A stretch of 63,837 nt of DNA, filler included, from Olpidium bornovanus S191 (lineage: Eukaryota > Fungi > Olpidiomycota), in NCBI GenBank assembly GCA_017911155.1. It is 26 parts of 26 records of this genome, joined end to end, with 100 filler letters (N's around TTAATTAATTAA, not from the genome) between each part and the next. Parts side by side here need not be neighbours in the genome. Positions count along the whole stretch, not along the records: positions 47,661 to 48,992 come from JAEFCI010012269.1; positions 49,093 to 51,273 come from JAEFCI010011205.1; positions 51,374 to 54,772 come from JAEFCI010008332.1; positions 54,873 to 57,019 come from JAEFCI010001783.1; positions 57,120 to 59,312 come from JAEFCI010012094.1; positions 59,413 to 60,574 come from JAEFCI010002624.1; positions 60,675 to 62,705 come from JAEFCI010012866.1; 19 more parts are not named here. One strand, given 5' to 3'. Below the pieces are notes generated by a model, which saw nothing but the letters and a program-made list of their open reading frames with translations, was not told the DNA's origin and did not search any database. A program made the position numbers and the translations under genes. How positions within the stretch are numbered: position 1 is the first letter of the stretch; each line of letters starts with the position of its first letter. Shown in pieces: positions 48,046 through 60,948 of this stretch.

Positions 48046-48823
48046 GAATGCCTCCTTCTCCCTTCCCCTTCCAGTGGGGAATTTTTTCTGCGCTCTCGAA
48101 AGCGCCCCGCCCCCACAAAAACCCCCCCGCTCCTCCTCCCCCCCGCCCCTCGAAATTTTTTTTTTTGCTCCGCACGACAAAATATTCTCATCCTCGCCAC
48201 GTTTTTTTCTTTTCCGCCGGACCGCGCCTGTGAAAAGCCTGCATCATCTAATTGTGTATATTTGGTCTGATACCGGACCGGAAAATCCCCGATGACGGAT
48301 TTTCTGGCTCCTCCTGCCAATTTTTCTCTTCGTTTCTGGCCAAAGCGCCACCAAACGCCCTTTTGCAAATCGCTTCCCCCCCCCCCTCCGCAAAATCCCT
48401 GTTCACCTTTATTAAACATCAATCCAACTCTTGTCTCCCCCCATCCCACAGGGGGTAGGTGCGAAACGCAGAGAATTCCCCCATAATCTTTATTCCCCGC
48501 AAAAAGCAGTCCGGGTCGCCGAAAATGCCAAGAGCGCGAGAGACTTGTGACATTTTGTGCGCGATGAAAAAGAAAACAAAAAAAAGAAGATGAAGGGAGT
48601 TAAATGGAATGAGTATTTACGACACCGCGGGGTTGCGAAAAATGAAGGGGGGGGGGGGGAGGAACGCCCGAATAAAGACAAATCTACTTATGGTGCTGGG
48701 CAGATAACTGGTTTCTGGGCCGAATGCCGGAGAGGGGAAGGGAGCGGGGAGTGTCCCCCCCCTTTTTTCGTTTCTTTTTTTTTTTTTTTTTTTTTTTTTT
48801 CCGGGGGGGGGGGGGGGGGGGGT

Positions 48824-48857
<34 letters not shown>

Positions 48858-50527
48858 AAGGGGGGGGGGGGGGGACGGGTCAAGGGTGCGTCGGAGCTTC
48901 CGAAAAACACTAGCGGTCGCAAAGAAACGCGGAGATCTGCACCAAAAAATAACCGCCGCAAGGCTCGGAAACGTTGACGTACCCTTTCGTTCNNNNNNNN
49001 NNNNNNNNNNNNNNNNNNNNNNNNNNNNNNNNNNNNTTAATTAATTAANNNNNNNNNNNNNNNNNNNNNNNNNNNNNNNNNNNNNNNNNNNNCATGCCGC
49101 AGCCAGCCCAAGTCTGTTTTGCTTTATGTGCCGTTGCAGCGAGGCCGAGGCGTTCAGAGGATATTTCCCAAAATGTCCGTTCAGCGCCAATGGCAAGGAG
49201 AATGGCGAAAGACATCCCGGAACTACCGTACGTTTTGCTCAGTCGCCTTATGCACTTGATAAACAAAAAGGGCAGAAGACCCTCGGGGACGCTTGAAGTT
49301 CCACGAAGAGCTGTTCTGACGGGGATGCCTATTGCCACGTCGACGGGGATTACTCCGTGCATCCGTCGTTGATACTCAGCGCAAACAGAGAAACTACAGG
49401 TTGACCAGGTGCTTGGTCGAACGTCCCTCTTCCAATCTTTGATTTGCCCAGCAAACGATCCAGCGCAACTGGCGGGGGCGAGAACTAAACTAGAAGAACT
49501 CAACGTCGTGTGAAGGCTCGCTAGTGATTCTTTAATGCTAGAGCAAGCAGGAACTTGGCCGCAGCAGGAACTGCTCGACCGACAGATCAGTTGCGGATTT
49601 GTTTCCGGCTTTTCGTGAAGTTAACAACCGACGTGCCGCCAGGGTCCTCCAATAGCGACCGACGCGCCGCCAACGCCCGTCCAATAGAGGCTTCGCTCGA
49701 GTCGAGCCCCGCGTGCCCCTGCCCTTGGGTGCCGAGAAACCCGCCAACTCCAAAGGGGGGGAAAAAAAAGTCTGGAGAACGGCCCGTCGAAATCTTTGCA
49801 TGGGGAAAACCCCTGGAACACAGGCATCCCGCGCGCGGAGATAGGCATTCCTGCGCGCGGAGACCGTCCCGCGTTTTGCGTGGAGCTTTTATCTGCATCC
49901 TCACGAGGTCGGCAGTCGTTCCCGCGAAGACTGTGCCGCCGGCGAGGGAGAACGTCGGACACCGGTTTCTTGCGCAAGTTCGCACCTTGCGGTGGCTGCG
50001 GAAATTCCCGTTTTTTGTGTGTGTGCGTGTGTGCGTGTGCGTGTGTGTGTGTAGTGCGGGAGAGGACCGGCTTCTGTGTGACACCCTTGGCGACCTCGCT
50101 GTGGACACTCGCGGGCCTCTGTGATTAATGTTTTTTGCTTGTTATGACGCTTCGTCGCCTCATCACCTTGGCCTAGATCAAATCTTGGCGGGATGGTAAT
50201 TATCTTTGAGGGACGATTGACATCGGCGGCAGGAGTGACGAGCTCTCCTAGGAAGAAGAAGAGCACTCGGTAGACGGTGCGCATTTGACAAGTGGCTTGA
50301 CCTGCAACGTCGCGAACGCGGGTGGTGTGATCAGGCGAGTATTCGGGAACGACGGCGGGGTCCCTTGTTCCGGCAGAATCCCTCAGAATCGGAAGCGGGC
50401 CCCAAGGTCGGGCCACAAACAACGCAGAGAGTAGACAGCCAAAATACCAGTTCGCAGCGCGTGCACAACACCTTCCGCCGCCGTCTCGGGCACGTCGCTT
50501 CGTGCGTGAAAAAGCGGATCGCGCGTA

Positions 50528-50558
<31 letters not shown>

Positions 50559-51373
50559 TTCTTTGTTGAAGCGTACGCACAGACAGCAAGAAATGGCGCG
50601 CGCGGGGAAGGAAGAGAGAGCGATCGGCGGCGTGGGCTAGAAGGACGGGCGTGGGGATCGCCGAGGGAAGAACCGCCGGGAGGGATCGCCGTTACGGACA
50701 GGCGCAGTTGTTTTACAAGATGTAGATAAAACGGATCGCAAAGAAAAAGTCGAGGCACCATTCCGGGCGATCGAGGCAGCCCGAACTCTTTTTAAAAAAA
50801 AAGGAGATGCACCGCCATGTTTAGCCATTCGGCAAAATTGTTTCGAGCGTAAACCTCCCTCCCCCACTCCCCACCCCCCAAACCCATTTCTCGAAACCGC
50901 GTGGGGGTGATGATTTGGTTTTCGAAGTTTGTAATTTTTTTTTCCGGGATAGATTTTGAACGGTCCGGCAGCAAATCCGAGTCGAGTTTCAAAGTGCGGC
51001 GAGTCACAGAATTTGCACAGTTTGACGCCGCAATTTCCTACCCAATTTTGGGGGTGCCCCCAACCCATGTCGTGGAAACCCCGCTATCGTGAGGTCTGTC
51101 GGCTGACGGAAACCCCGCCCGGGAATTGTCGCGGACATCCCGGCGCTATTTACATGCGGCGTGAAGTAGCCATTCCGAAGATGACGGCCGACTGCGCGGA
51201 AATTTCGGCGACCTTTTCCCTACAGAATCCAAAATTGTCCGTCCCTCTCGCACGCGAGAAACCAAGAAACGCANNNNNNNNNNNNNNNNNNNNNNNNNNN
51301 NNNNNNNNNNNNNNNNNTTAATTAATTAANNNNNNNNNNNNNNNNNNNNNNNNNNNNNNNNNNNNNNNNNNNN

Positions 51374-54197
51374 ACATGGCTCTCCCCAATGCTTCCTGTC
51401 GCGTAGCCCAAGTCTTCGGAAGCTGGCACCCGGGCATCATCAAAATGCGCACCCAAAGTTTGAAAGTCACGGTCGTCGTTGTCCCCGTCGAGGGCGCTGT
51501 CCTCATCGTCTTCATCCCATTCCAACTCATCGGCTGGGACAGACCGGGGCGCAACGTCCCTTTCGCCGTCCGGACGTAGCTCGTGCATTGGCGTACGGCC
51601 GCCATTGAAGTGGGCCGCGGGGTCACTCGCTCTGAGCACGACCGGACGGGCGGAGTCAGCATCTTCGTCGCGAAAAACGGTGAAACTCCGTCCGGACGAA
51701 GTGGAAACCACGGTGGGCTGCTTAATACCCAGAGGAACACGGGAAGCTGTCCCCACATGCGGATGGTCGCCGGCCGCCGCCGGATTCGCCGATGCCCGCC
51801 TGAACACCGGTTCGTTTTCGTCGTGTCTCGCTGTCCGCGGCTGTCCTCCGTTTTCTGCATGGCAATAGGACGCCTCCTCCAGTTCGTTCTTCAGTGGCTG
51901 ACTGAACATCTCCATGATATCGGCCAGCGCGGCCTTGGTGTTGATCGTTGGTGATGCCGGTCCTTTCCCTTTGTTCTCGAGGTTGGTGACTTTCGTGAAA
52001 TCTTTGACGGCAACAAGCCGATTCTCAATCAACCTCAATGCACATGGCCAGTCCTAGCCGCGCAACAACGTTGACGCACCTGTGGTCGAGCTTGCTTCCG
52101 ATGCGGAAACACGCTCAGTACCGAGTCCAGCCAGATACGCCTTATGATGCGGGTCATGCGGATGCATGTTCACTTGTGCTGGATGTTTCCCGTGCACCCC
52201 TACGGCAACTTCGTTCGTCGTTTGGACATTGTTTCGACTCCCAATGTCCAACACTTCCGTCCCGATCCTCAGACACACCTCCGCTTCAGCTGGCTTCAAA
52301 ATCTCCGCTTCTTGCCCTATCCGGAGCCGACCAGTTTCCTCTTCTGTTCGCAGCCTTTCAATCTCAAAGTCACACTTCGCTCGCTCCTCCTTTTCTCGCC
52401 TTCGACTCTCCTCTGACAGCAGCCGTTGCTGTTCCTCGAATTCGATTCGCTGTCTCTCCTCCTCCCGCCTCGATGTTTCCTCCAATTCTCGGTTTTCCAG
52501 CTCGGCAGTTCGACTCCATGGAGGCACTTCGGGTCCGTCCAGGTCGAACGTGCCAACTGCCGCCAACCTGACTTCCTCGAATTGAAACTCTTGTCCATCC
52601 TGGTAAATTAGATCAAGATTCACCTGGAGATCACCTGTGACCTTTTCTTTCACTGAGTCGCCGTGCGTCGGTGGAACAGGCGGATGAATAGCACGGCGGT
52701 CCGACGCTACGAACGCCGCTGACAGGCGGGCGCCCGACGCCGGAGACGCCGCTGACGGACGGGCGTCCGACGCCGGGGACGCCGCTGACGGAGGGGAAGC
52801 TGACGTTGCAACCTGGGCGGAATAAAAATTTCGGAGCGGGTCCTTCATGAGTCGCGAAGTCTCCGTCTCTGTCTTCGACTCCCGCAGCACCTGCTGCTCG
52901 TTCGCCGGAGGGATTTGAACGTCACGGCGGGCCTCTTCCGGCTGAGAGACAACACTGCGTGTTAATTTTCCCGGCTGCGCACAGAATAAGAACACGCGTG
53001 GTAGACGTTATCTGACCTCCTCGCGAAAAATTTTGAATTGCTCGGCAGGCCTTGGCGGTGCGCAAGCCGCGCTCTGCGGCAACTTGGCTCCCTGCCACGG
53101 CGCTGCTTCCCGGATGTTCTCCTTTCTTCGGCTATGATCAGTGCCGAGGTCTTTCCACGGCATTGATTTGTCGCGCTTTCGCTCAGCCGTGCCCTCTAGA
53201 CCAACAAAAACGCTAAAGCTGCTGCGGCTGGCTGCAGAGCGCTGAACGGTAGATGACGCGGATGGCAGTGCGGAAGATGTTACATTGTTGTGAACGGAAC
53301 GTGAGGACGAAGGGTGGCTCTTCGTCCCCAGGACGCTGCGCTCCGCTCGGGCGGGATCAATTTCAGGAAACTCGGGTGTGTCGTCTTCAGCTGCCGCGCG
53401 GGCAACGCGATACTGGAACTCCTTGTACCGCCTGCTCAAACGGTCCAACGGGCGAGCTTTCCTGTTGATTCCAAGCCTGTAAATCTCGTCGGCACGTTCG
53501 TTGCTGAGGGAGAGAGCGCGGACACGTCGGCGCAGTCAGTGTCGAAACGCCTCAGGAACAGTGCATTCGTGTGCCAACTTGAGTTGTTCGCCTCCGCCGC
53601 CCAGAGGAGCGACCTCGCAGCTCACCTGCCTTCCTTTTCCAGGCATTCGGCGTAATCCTCGTAGTACGCAGCGATATCCGTCCCGATGCTGTTGGACATC
53701 AAGTAGGCATACACGTCCTTCGGACTCTGGATGTTCCGGGCGTATAGCAGCCATATTTTCAGGTAGCGCGGGTCGTTCCGGTAGCGGGCGTCGTCTCGGA
53801 AGACGCGGGTGGCCTGCTCGAGCAGGGGCACGAGTTTTGAACCGGGGGTGTTACCTTGAGGGTAGTTCTCCACTGTCCAGCGGATGTACCTTGCGTAGAC
53901 GTCGAGGGGATCGTCTTGCTCGTCGATCCCCTCCAGTTCCTCATTGAACGCCGCGTGCCCGGCAAGGAGGGCTTCGGCGACCCCGGACGACGACGTGCCG
54001 GCTGGCGAACGCGGCCCGAACAGCAAGGAGAGCGCCGCAGCCGATCGACCTTCGCGCAGGGGCAAGATGTTTTCCTTCGCGTGCTCGAAGTCGGCGAACT
54101 CCGTGATCAGCGGCTCCGCGTGCGCCCCGGCCTGCTCCTCGCCGTGCCTCGCGGCACCCAGGTCGTGCGCCTCGCCGGGCGTGGCAGCCGTCAGCAT
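51374..54197 (-). CDS. BUB1: Spindle checkpoint protein BUB1/MAD3 (MadBub), N-terminal part (3' truncated)
   Basis: FEHAKENILPLREGRS (KEN box), TPR domain DDPLDVYARYIRW..YRNDPRYLKIW..IGTDIAAYYEDYA, a second KEN (RRKENIREA), GLEBS-like EFQFEEVR and SPTINTKAALADIMEMF. Confidence 0.93.
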
Positions 54198-57100
54198 GGC
54201 CGTCGCAGGTCTTCTGCTAGGGAACTCACGCGAACCCCCGGATCCGGCCCGGCGGCGCGAGGGTCGGCCGGTCGCGGGGGAAGCAGGCGCCGCGGGGCCT
54301 TCAGTTCGCAAGCACGCGTTTTCTCCGAAGATGACTCGTCTTTGCAGGGCCGCCGGCCGTCGCAAAAAGGAGGCAGCGGGCGTTTGGAAGAGGGCGCCTC
54401 CCCCTCCCCTCCCGCCCATCCCGCCCATCTCCCTCCCATCCAAGAGAGAACTGCAAGCCCACCTCACAACGGCCGGCGCGTTCCGCCCTTCATACAGAGC
54501 GAACCAGCTCATGATCATCAAGTTGTTCACATGCCCTTTACCCGAACTGCCTAGCCGATAATCACTGCACAGTTGTTTGCGTGGAATCTTTTCGCCAGAC
54601 AACCTCCGGATATTCGCCAAATGCCAAGCTTGTCAATGACGTGGAGAGGCGCATGAAAGAGCAATTCAAAATGATGGACGGCGAAAATATTTTTAATTCC
54701 ATCTTCGTATTCAGATGTAAATAATTACACACGCCCACTTTTTTGGGTCCGCAAAACTGCACATTACATTTCNNNNNNNNNNNNNNNNNNNNNNNNNNNN
54801 NNNNNNNNNNNNNNNNTTAATTAATTAANNNNNNNNNNNNNNNNNNNNNNNNNNNNNNNNNNNNNNNNNNNNGCAGAATGGAGTATACACTAATTTCTAG
54901 GACGTGCAAAACGCAGATCACGAAGTTAACTCGTTACAATTACGTTCTCACATACTTTTGTGCTAGAGAGCATCTCATCGCACATTATCCATGTATCCCT
55001 CATAGATCTGTTCCCCCTTCGGTCAAGGAGGAATGACGTTCAGTCCCGCCCTTAGGCTCCCGCCACTCACTGCACGCAATGCAACATAATAGTACCATAG
55101 CAAATATCTCGGCATATACTGTTATAATAATATCATTAATAATAATATTATGCCGGTGACAATATCCTCGCGGTCAATAACAAAAGAAAATATCAAATAA
55201 TAATTGATGCAAATTATGCCGTGAGGAGTCGAGTCTTTGTAGCGATGCTTTACAAAGTCCGCAAACGCGCCAACCGCCGACGCTCATCGCCCAACGAGCT
55301 TCTTCAAACAAAACTGAAAAAAACAAAATCGCCGCCCACCGCTTCCGCCAAGCGCACCCTCTCTTCACCGGCCCGCCGCTCCCGCTTCCGCGGCGCACTC
55401 CCTTAACCTTCCTTAAATTACCTTTCCCGGCGCATTTTCATAAGTACCCGCAAAGGAGAAAAACAGACCGGAATAGCACGAGCACGCCGTTTCGCACCCT
55501 CGCCGCCCAGCACCGCTGACCAAACGTTGTGCAACCCGTGCCGCGCTGCGACAGCCTCCCGGAAGAACTTTCCCCCAAACGCGGTAAGCGCGAAGCCGGC
55601 AACACGCTTCCCCCTCCCCGTCCCCCCCCCCCACCGTCCTTCCGTGCCGCAACGCTGTCTCTTTTGCGAGATAAAGACCTCGAGCGCGAATTCACCAAAA
55701 CGGCCTGCCGAGAAACACTTCGTTGCCACGAACTGACGTCCTTCAAACTATCTGTTGTGCGGCCGCGCAAACAGAGGCACACGACGCGGCGGAAGCCCTA
55801 AGGCTCCCTCGCGCGCTACGAAATTGCCCTCAGAGGCCCGGCACAGCTCCAGCTCATGCGTTAACCCCCTCGTAGAGCGTCAGCCGGGTCTCCAACTTCC
55901 AGGAGGAGCAGGTGCGTTGGTCGCGCATGACTGCCGTTTTTCGTTTTTTTTGCAACCTAAATCCCCGATAATATATTTTTCAAACAGCTCCGATCCGTCC
56001 TGAGGGTATTCTTATATCGCGGAGCGTTACAACGTTGTTCTCGGCGGTTCAGCGCAGCCGCGCCAGTAATGCGCCGACTTTGCCGGTTCTCCAACAGCGA
56101 AGAGGAGCAGGTGGGTTGGTACGCGCATGACCGAACCTTACCCCGTTTTCTGTGCTTTGATTTTCCAATGACATTCTTCAAACATTTTCAAGGCACGTTA
56201 GGGTTACTCCGAGTTGGAGGAGGTATGAGGACGCCAGGTGCACCGAGGTCTTATTGACCAGGAACAGCTGGCCTTCCTCGCGTGTTCTTTACCAGAGAAA
56301 GCTACCCCCTCACCCCCCTCCCATGTTTTTGCCATTTCAGGCCTCGCTCCGCCGATGCACTGCCGCGGATAACCAGTGGCTCCTCGCAGCTCGCTCAAAC
56401 TCCCGGCGAGGCGGGCGGCCGCCAAAAAGCCCCTGCGCGCGCCGCCTGGATCGTCCTCCCCGCGATTTGCGGGCGGGGTTTAGCTGCTCCTGGGACATGG
56501 CCTCGGAATTCACTCGCCCGAGAAAGGGAGAGAGGGCTAACGGTCCTGTTCGCGCCCTGCAGCGGGAATATTCACGGCGTGTTCAGCATCGCGGGTGCCC
56601 CGATGCCTTGCCAAGGGCCCGCAGCTGTCCGACGCCTCCTCGCAAAGTGTGCCAGTCTTCGACCGCGGCTGCCGCCTCGCGGCAGAGTAGTAGGCGGTCG
56701 CGGAAAGAGGCGGTCGCGGGGAGAGCGAAGTATGTCGGCCTTCAAGCAAAACACCGAGTCACCCGAGGGTCGCCCACCTCGCCGCCGGCGGTTCCGTCCT
56801 TGCGCCATCCGCAGAACCAATTGTGCCAAACCACTTAATGATCCATTATGTATACCAGATCTAATCTTGATATAGTACTAATTAACTTGAATAATAAAAC
56901 ATCGAATATGTTTTTACTGCGTTGTTTTAAAAAAGCTCGCACCAAACAAAAATGTTTGCCTGTGCGGGAGAAGGACGCCTGGCCGCTGATGTAGAACAAG
57001 GCCGCTTTGCCGTCCATGANNNNNNNNNNNNNNNNNNNNNNNNNNNNNNNNNNNNNNNNNNNNTTAATTAATTAANNNNNNNNNNNNNNNNNNNNNNNNN

Positions 57101-57728
57101 NNNNNNNNNNNNNNNNNNNCATGGGGAAAATGTGGCCGGTAAGCGGATGACGACCACAAGTCGGGGTCCACGCTAGGATCCGCAGGATTTCTCGAAAAGC
57201 AATTTCGACGAAATGACTGGAGCCGGCTTTCCTCTCGTTCGCCGCCGTCAGCCGGCACTTGGTTCGACGGAGGGTCCGGCGGATCAAAAATAACGTTTTC
57301 GATTGATTGCGGAACGAAAGAAAAACAAAAAAAAATAGAAAGTCGCAAACGCGGCGCTGCTAAGCACGCCCCTGTACCGCGCGCTTTTCCCCCCGGCGGA
57401 AACCCCCCCGCTTCGCAAAAAAAAAAAACCCCCTTCCGGCCGCGCGGGAAGCTTTGTTTTTTTGGAGTGGAAGGGGGGGGGGGTGGGGGTAATTCCGGAA
57501 TTTGCCACGGGGTCGGTTGGGTTTGTCGACCTTTTTCGCGAGCCGGGGCGATTCTCCTGTGCTGTGTCACGGGGCAGACGGGGGGGACGGGGCCTGACCG
57601 CGGAAGGGTTTCCGGTTTTTCTTGTGTTTCCGGGCGGGCCGGGGCGCCGCGGTCTCTCCTCGCACCCAGCCGGCACGCCAACCACCAAACACCCCCCACA
57701 ACGCAGGACAATTAGAGCGTGGCCGCCC

Positions 57729-57770
57729 ATGGACGGAGAGGAGGAGCAGAGGGCTGCCGCCGCAGCAGCA

Positions 57771-57801
<31 letters not shown>

Positions 57802-59312
57802 GGGGGGAAGAGGCCGCAGAGGTGGCGGGCGGAGGAGAAGGCGAAGGACCGGGCCCGGGAGGCGGCGGAGGAGAAGGAGAAGAACGGTCGGGAGACGGTG
57901 GGGGAGAAGGTGCGGACGCGGAAGCGCTGGCCGCCGAGGTGGTGGCGGGCGTTGGAGTGGTCCCGGCGGCACCGGGAACGCCCGGCGAGAACGAGCCTGC
58001 GGCGGTGACCACGGCGGACGGGCCGGGACAGGACATGGAGGAAGCTTTCGGGACGGCAGCAGAGCTCGCGGGCGCGGGCGCGCTCGGCGGTGTCGGCGGC
58101 GGCGCTCCCGAAGATCACGCTTCCCACGACGCCGACGCCGCTCAGCCCGGGGAGAAGGACGACGCGGCCGCGGGTCCCGGTGCGGCGCCGCCCGCCCAAG
58201 TCCTCGACGGCGAAGAGAGCCCGACGCCGGAAAGCGGCGGGACCGGGGAGCCCCCGAGCCCCGAAATCGAGGACGGTGCCGCCCCGCCGAGCGCGGGAAC
58301 CTCGAACGGTGCGCTGGACCCTTCGGACGGCGGTGAGACCGGCGCCGGCGGCACGATTGACTCTCCCGACGACGTGATGATGCAAGGGCCGTTCGCCGAA
58401 GATCAGGGTGCGTCGCGCGGCGCGCAGCCGACGGACGAGCGCTGCTCGGCGGAAGTTCCCGAGGAGAAGCCTACCTTGGCCTTGCTCGCGCCAGAGAGCC
58501 CCGCCGAAGCCGAAGTTCCGATGGGCATCGCAGCGAACGAGCTCGCCGCGCCGGAGTTTATGGCGCCGGCGTCAGCGGTCAAGAAAGAAGTTCCGATGGA
58601 CATCGCGACGAACGAGCTCGCCGCGCCGGAGTTTACGGCGCCGGCGTCAGCCGTCAAGAAAGAAGTTCCGATGGACATCGCGACGAACGAGCTCGCCGCG
58701 CCGGAGTTTACGGCGCCGGCGTCAGCCGTCAAGGAAGAGTTTCCGGCCCCGGAGCAACCGAAGGCGTCGGGCCCTTCACCCTCCGCGGTGGAGGCGGGGG
58801 CGCAACCGCAGCCTGAGGCCGCGTCCAAGCTTTCCGCGGCGGCCGGGGCCCCGGTTAAGAGCGCGCCGCCCGGGGACGCGAGCAGCTGGAAGACCGCCGA
58901 CAGCGGCGGCCACGCGCAGGCCCTCGCGGAAAGGGAGCCGGTGGCGGCGCTGATCGAGAAGCTCCGCGCAGCGGTGCCGGACACGCCGTCCGCGGACAAG
59001 CTCGCCAGGATATGTAACAGGATTGCCAACCCGGTCTCCCCGGACTACGACCCTTACGACACCGACGCATGGAACGCACTGATGAGCGAGACCTTTTCTC
59101 ACACCGACGCCGCGCTGGCGCGCGAAATGTTCGAGCTGTTTTTGAAGCAGTTTCCTACATCCGTGAGTTCGCTCGCCAATGCGCACCCATACCATGCAAA
59201 TTCGCAGGCGGTTGTTTTCCACCGTGCTCACGTCCAACACTTTGTCTCTCGCTTTCCCTCTCTCCCTCTGTGCGTTTACTTAGGCGCGGCATTGGATCCA
59301 GTACGCGGAATA
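57729..59312 (+). CDS. RNA14: mRNA 3'-end processing factor RNA14/CstF-77, N-terminus (3' truncated)
   Basis: DPYDTDAWNALMSE..AREMFELFLKQFPTS|ARHWIQYAE across a phase-0 GT..AG intron (59163-59283) matches the first HAT repeats. It follows a long acidic leader. Confidence 0.85.
58512..58736 (+). repeat. Three 75-bp coding repeats (25 aa) in the RNA14 leader
   Basis: EVPM(G/D)IA(A/T)NELAAPEF(M/T)APASAVK(K/E) starts at 58512, 58587 and 58662. Confidence 0.93.
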
Positions 59313-59412
59313 NNNNNNNNNNNNNNNNNNNNNNNNNNNNNNNNNNNNNNNNNNNNTTAATTAATTAANNNNNNNNNNNNNNNNNNNNNNNNNNNNNNNN
59401 NNNNNNNNNNNN

Positions 59413-60331
59413 CATGGCCAACGTCGGATACTTTGCCGTGCTGGGAAGTGCCGGCGTCGGTAGGAGCGACGTGGTTGCTCTGGTGAGGCGTTCGTCCTTT
59501 TTTTTTTTCCCCCTCCCCTTCTTTTTCTTCTTTTTCCTTTGGGGGTGGGGGGGGGTTGTCGGTGCGAAGCCGGAGGCCTCTTGTCGCGGTGGGGGGGTTG
59601 TTGGTGCGAAGCCGGAGGCCTCTTGTCGCGGTTTCGGTTCGGAACGCGCCTTTTTTTGCTTTCCTTCATCGGGAAACGCTGAATCCCGGGTCTAGTTTTT
59701 TTTTTCTGACGCGTTTTCGCGAACTCCCCCCTCCCCTTCCCCCCACCGCGCCGGCAACCAGGACCTCGGCGTAGCCGCCTTCGGAGACGCCGGCGCGTAC
59801 CTGATGGGCACGTTCGTGGCGATGTCCGCGTTCGGGGCGCAGAACGGCGCGGCGTTCGGCCACTCGCGGATGATCATGGCCGCCGCCGCGGAGGGGACGA
59901 CGCACGCGTGGATGCCCGCGGTCGCCGGCCGGCTGTCCGCGCGGGGGACGCCTGTCGCGGCCCTCGTCCTGAACGCCCTCCTGAGCTGCCTCATCCTCCT
60001 CGCCTTCAAGGGCCAGTTCGCCGTGATCGGCTCCGTCGTGTCGGTCGTGCTCCTCACCTACACCGGCCTGGCCTCCGCCGCCGTCATCGCGCTCCGCCGC
60101 CGCAGGCCCGACCTGCCGCGGCCTTTCAAGGTGCCCCTGGTCGTCCCCGCCGTCTACGCCGCCGCGTCGCTCGCCATCGTCGCCCTCGCCGTCGCCAGCG
60201 CCATCGCCGACGCCGCGGCCGGCGGCGACGCCGCGCCCCTGGCCGTCGCGAAAATCATCGGATACTTCGTCGGATTCCTGAGCATATTTCTCCTGCCGAT
60301 CGCCGTCCACCGCCTTTCCGCTCGCAAATAA
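59413..60331 (+). CDS. APC-superfamily amino-acid permease (LAT/MUP1-like), C-terminal half
   Basis: ANVGYFAVL..L|DLGVAAFG..FVAMSAFGAQNG..SRMIMAAA..TPVAAL..LRRRRPDLPRPFKVP, with several TM helices. Confidence 0.85.
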
Positions 60332-60948
60332 TTGTTTAAAAAAGGCCCCCGCCCCCCCCCCCCCCCCCCCCCCCCCTTTCCGCTTACCGCTTTTTCGCGG
60401 GGGCGGATAATGTTTAAGGCCCCCCTTTCCACTTTTTTAAGACCCCCTTAGCCGCCCTTTTGTTTTGTTTTTGCTGCGGCTCTTCCCCTCGAGCCTCCTC
60501 CCCCCCCCCCCCCCCCCCCCCCCCCCCGCTTTTTTTTTTCCCTCCTCCCCTGTCCCCTCCTCTGGCGGCGTCCCNNNNNNNNNNNNNNNNNNNNNNNNNN
60601 NNNNNNNNNNNNNNNNNNTTAATTAATTAANNNNNNNNNNNNNNNNNNNNNNNNNNNNNNNNNNNNNNNNNNNNCGGCGCGCCCACGCCCGGCACGCCCC
60701 GCCCAGAGCGTCCCACATGACGCGCCCCGCACGACAAGCCCACACACGATGAGGGCGCGGCGGTGCTCACACCCGCGCTGCGTGTATATAAGGCGTGTCT
60801 CCGCGTCCTAGAATGTAGACTCAATAGCCTAACATAGCTCCCAGATCCAGAGCGCACAGATCCCGAACTCGATCCCGAACCCGACTCACACAAGTCTCTA
60901 GATAATTCCCTCCCTTGATAGCACTGCTTGTGCGTGACCTGAATAGAC

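Noticed and set aside
49400-49470. KIGRGTF (minus strand) as a protein kinase glycine-rich loop
   Set aside because: The next Gly and the VAIK lysine motif are absent, there is no usable splice donor, and the frame closes shortly after.
60718-60890. TATA-containing segment upstream of the gypsy integrase as its LTR
   Set aside because: There is no PBS, no second copy and no target-site duplication, and gag/RT are missing between it and the integrase.
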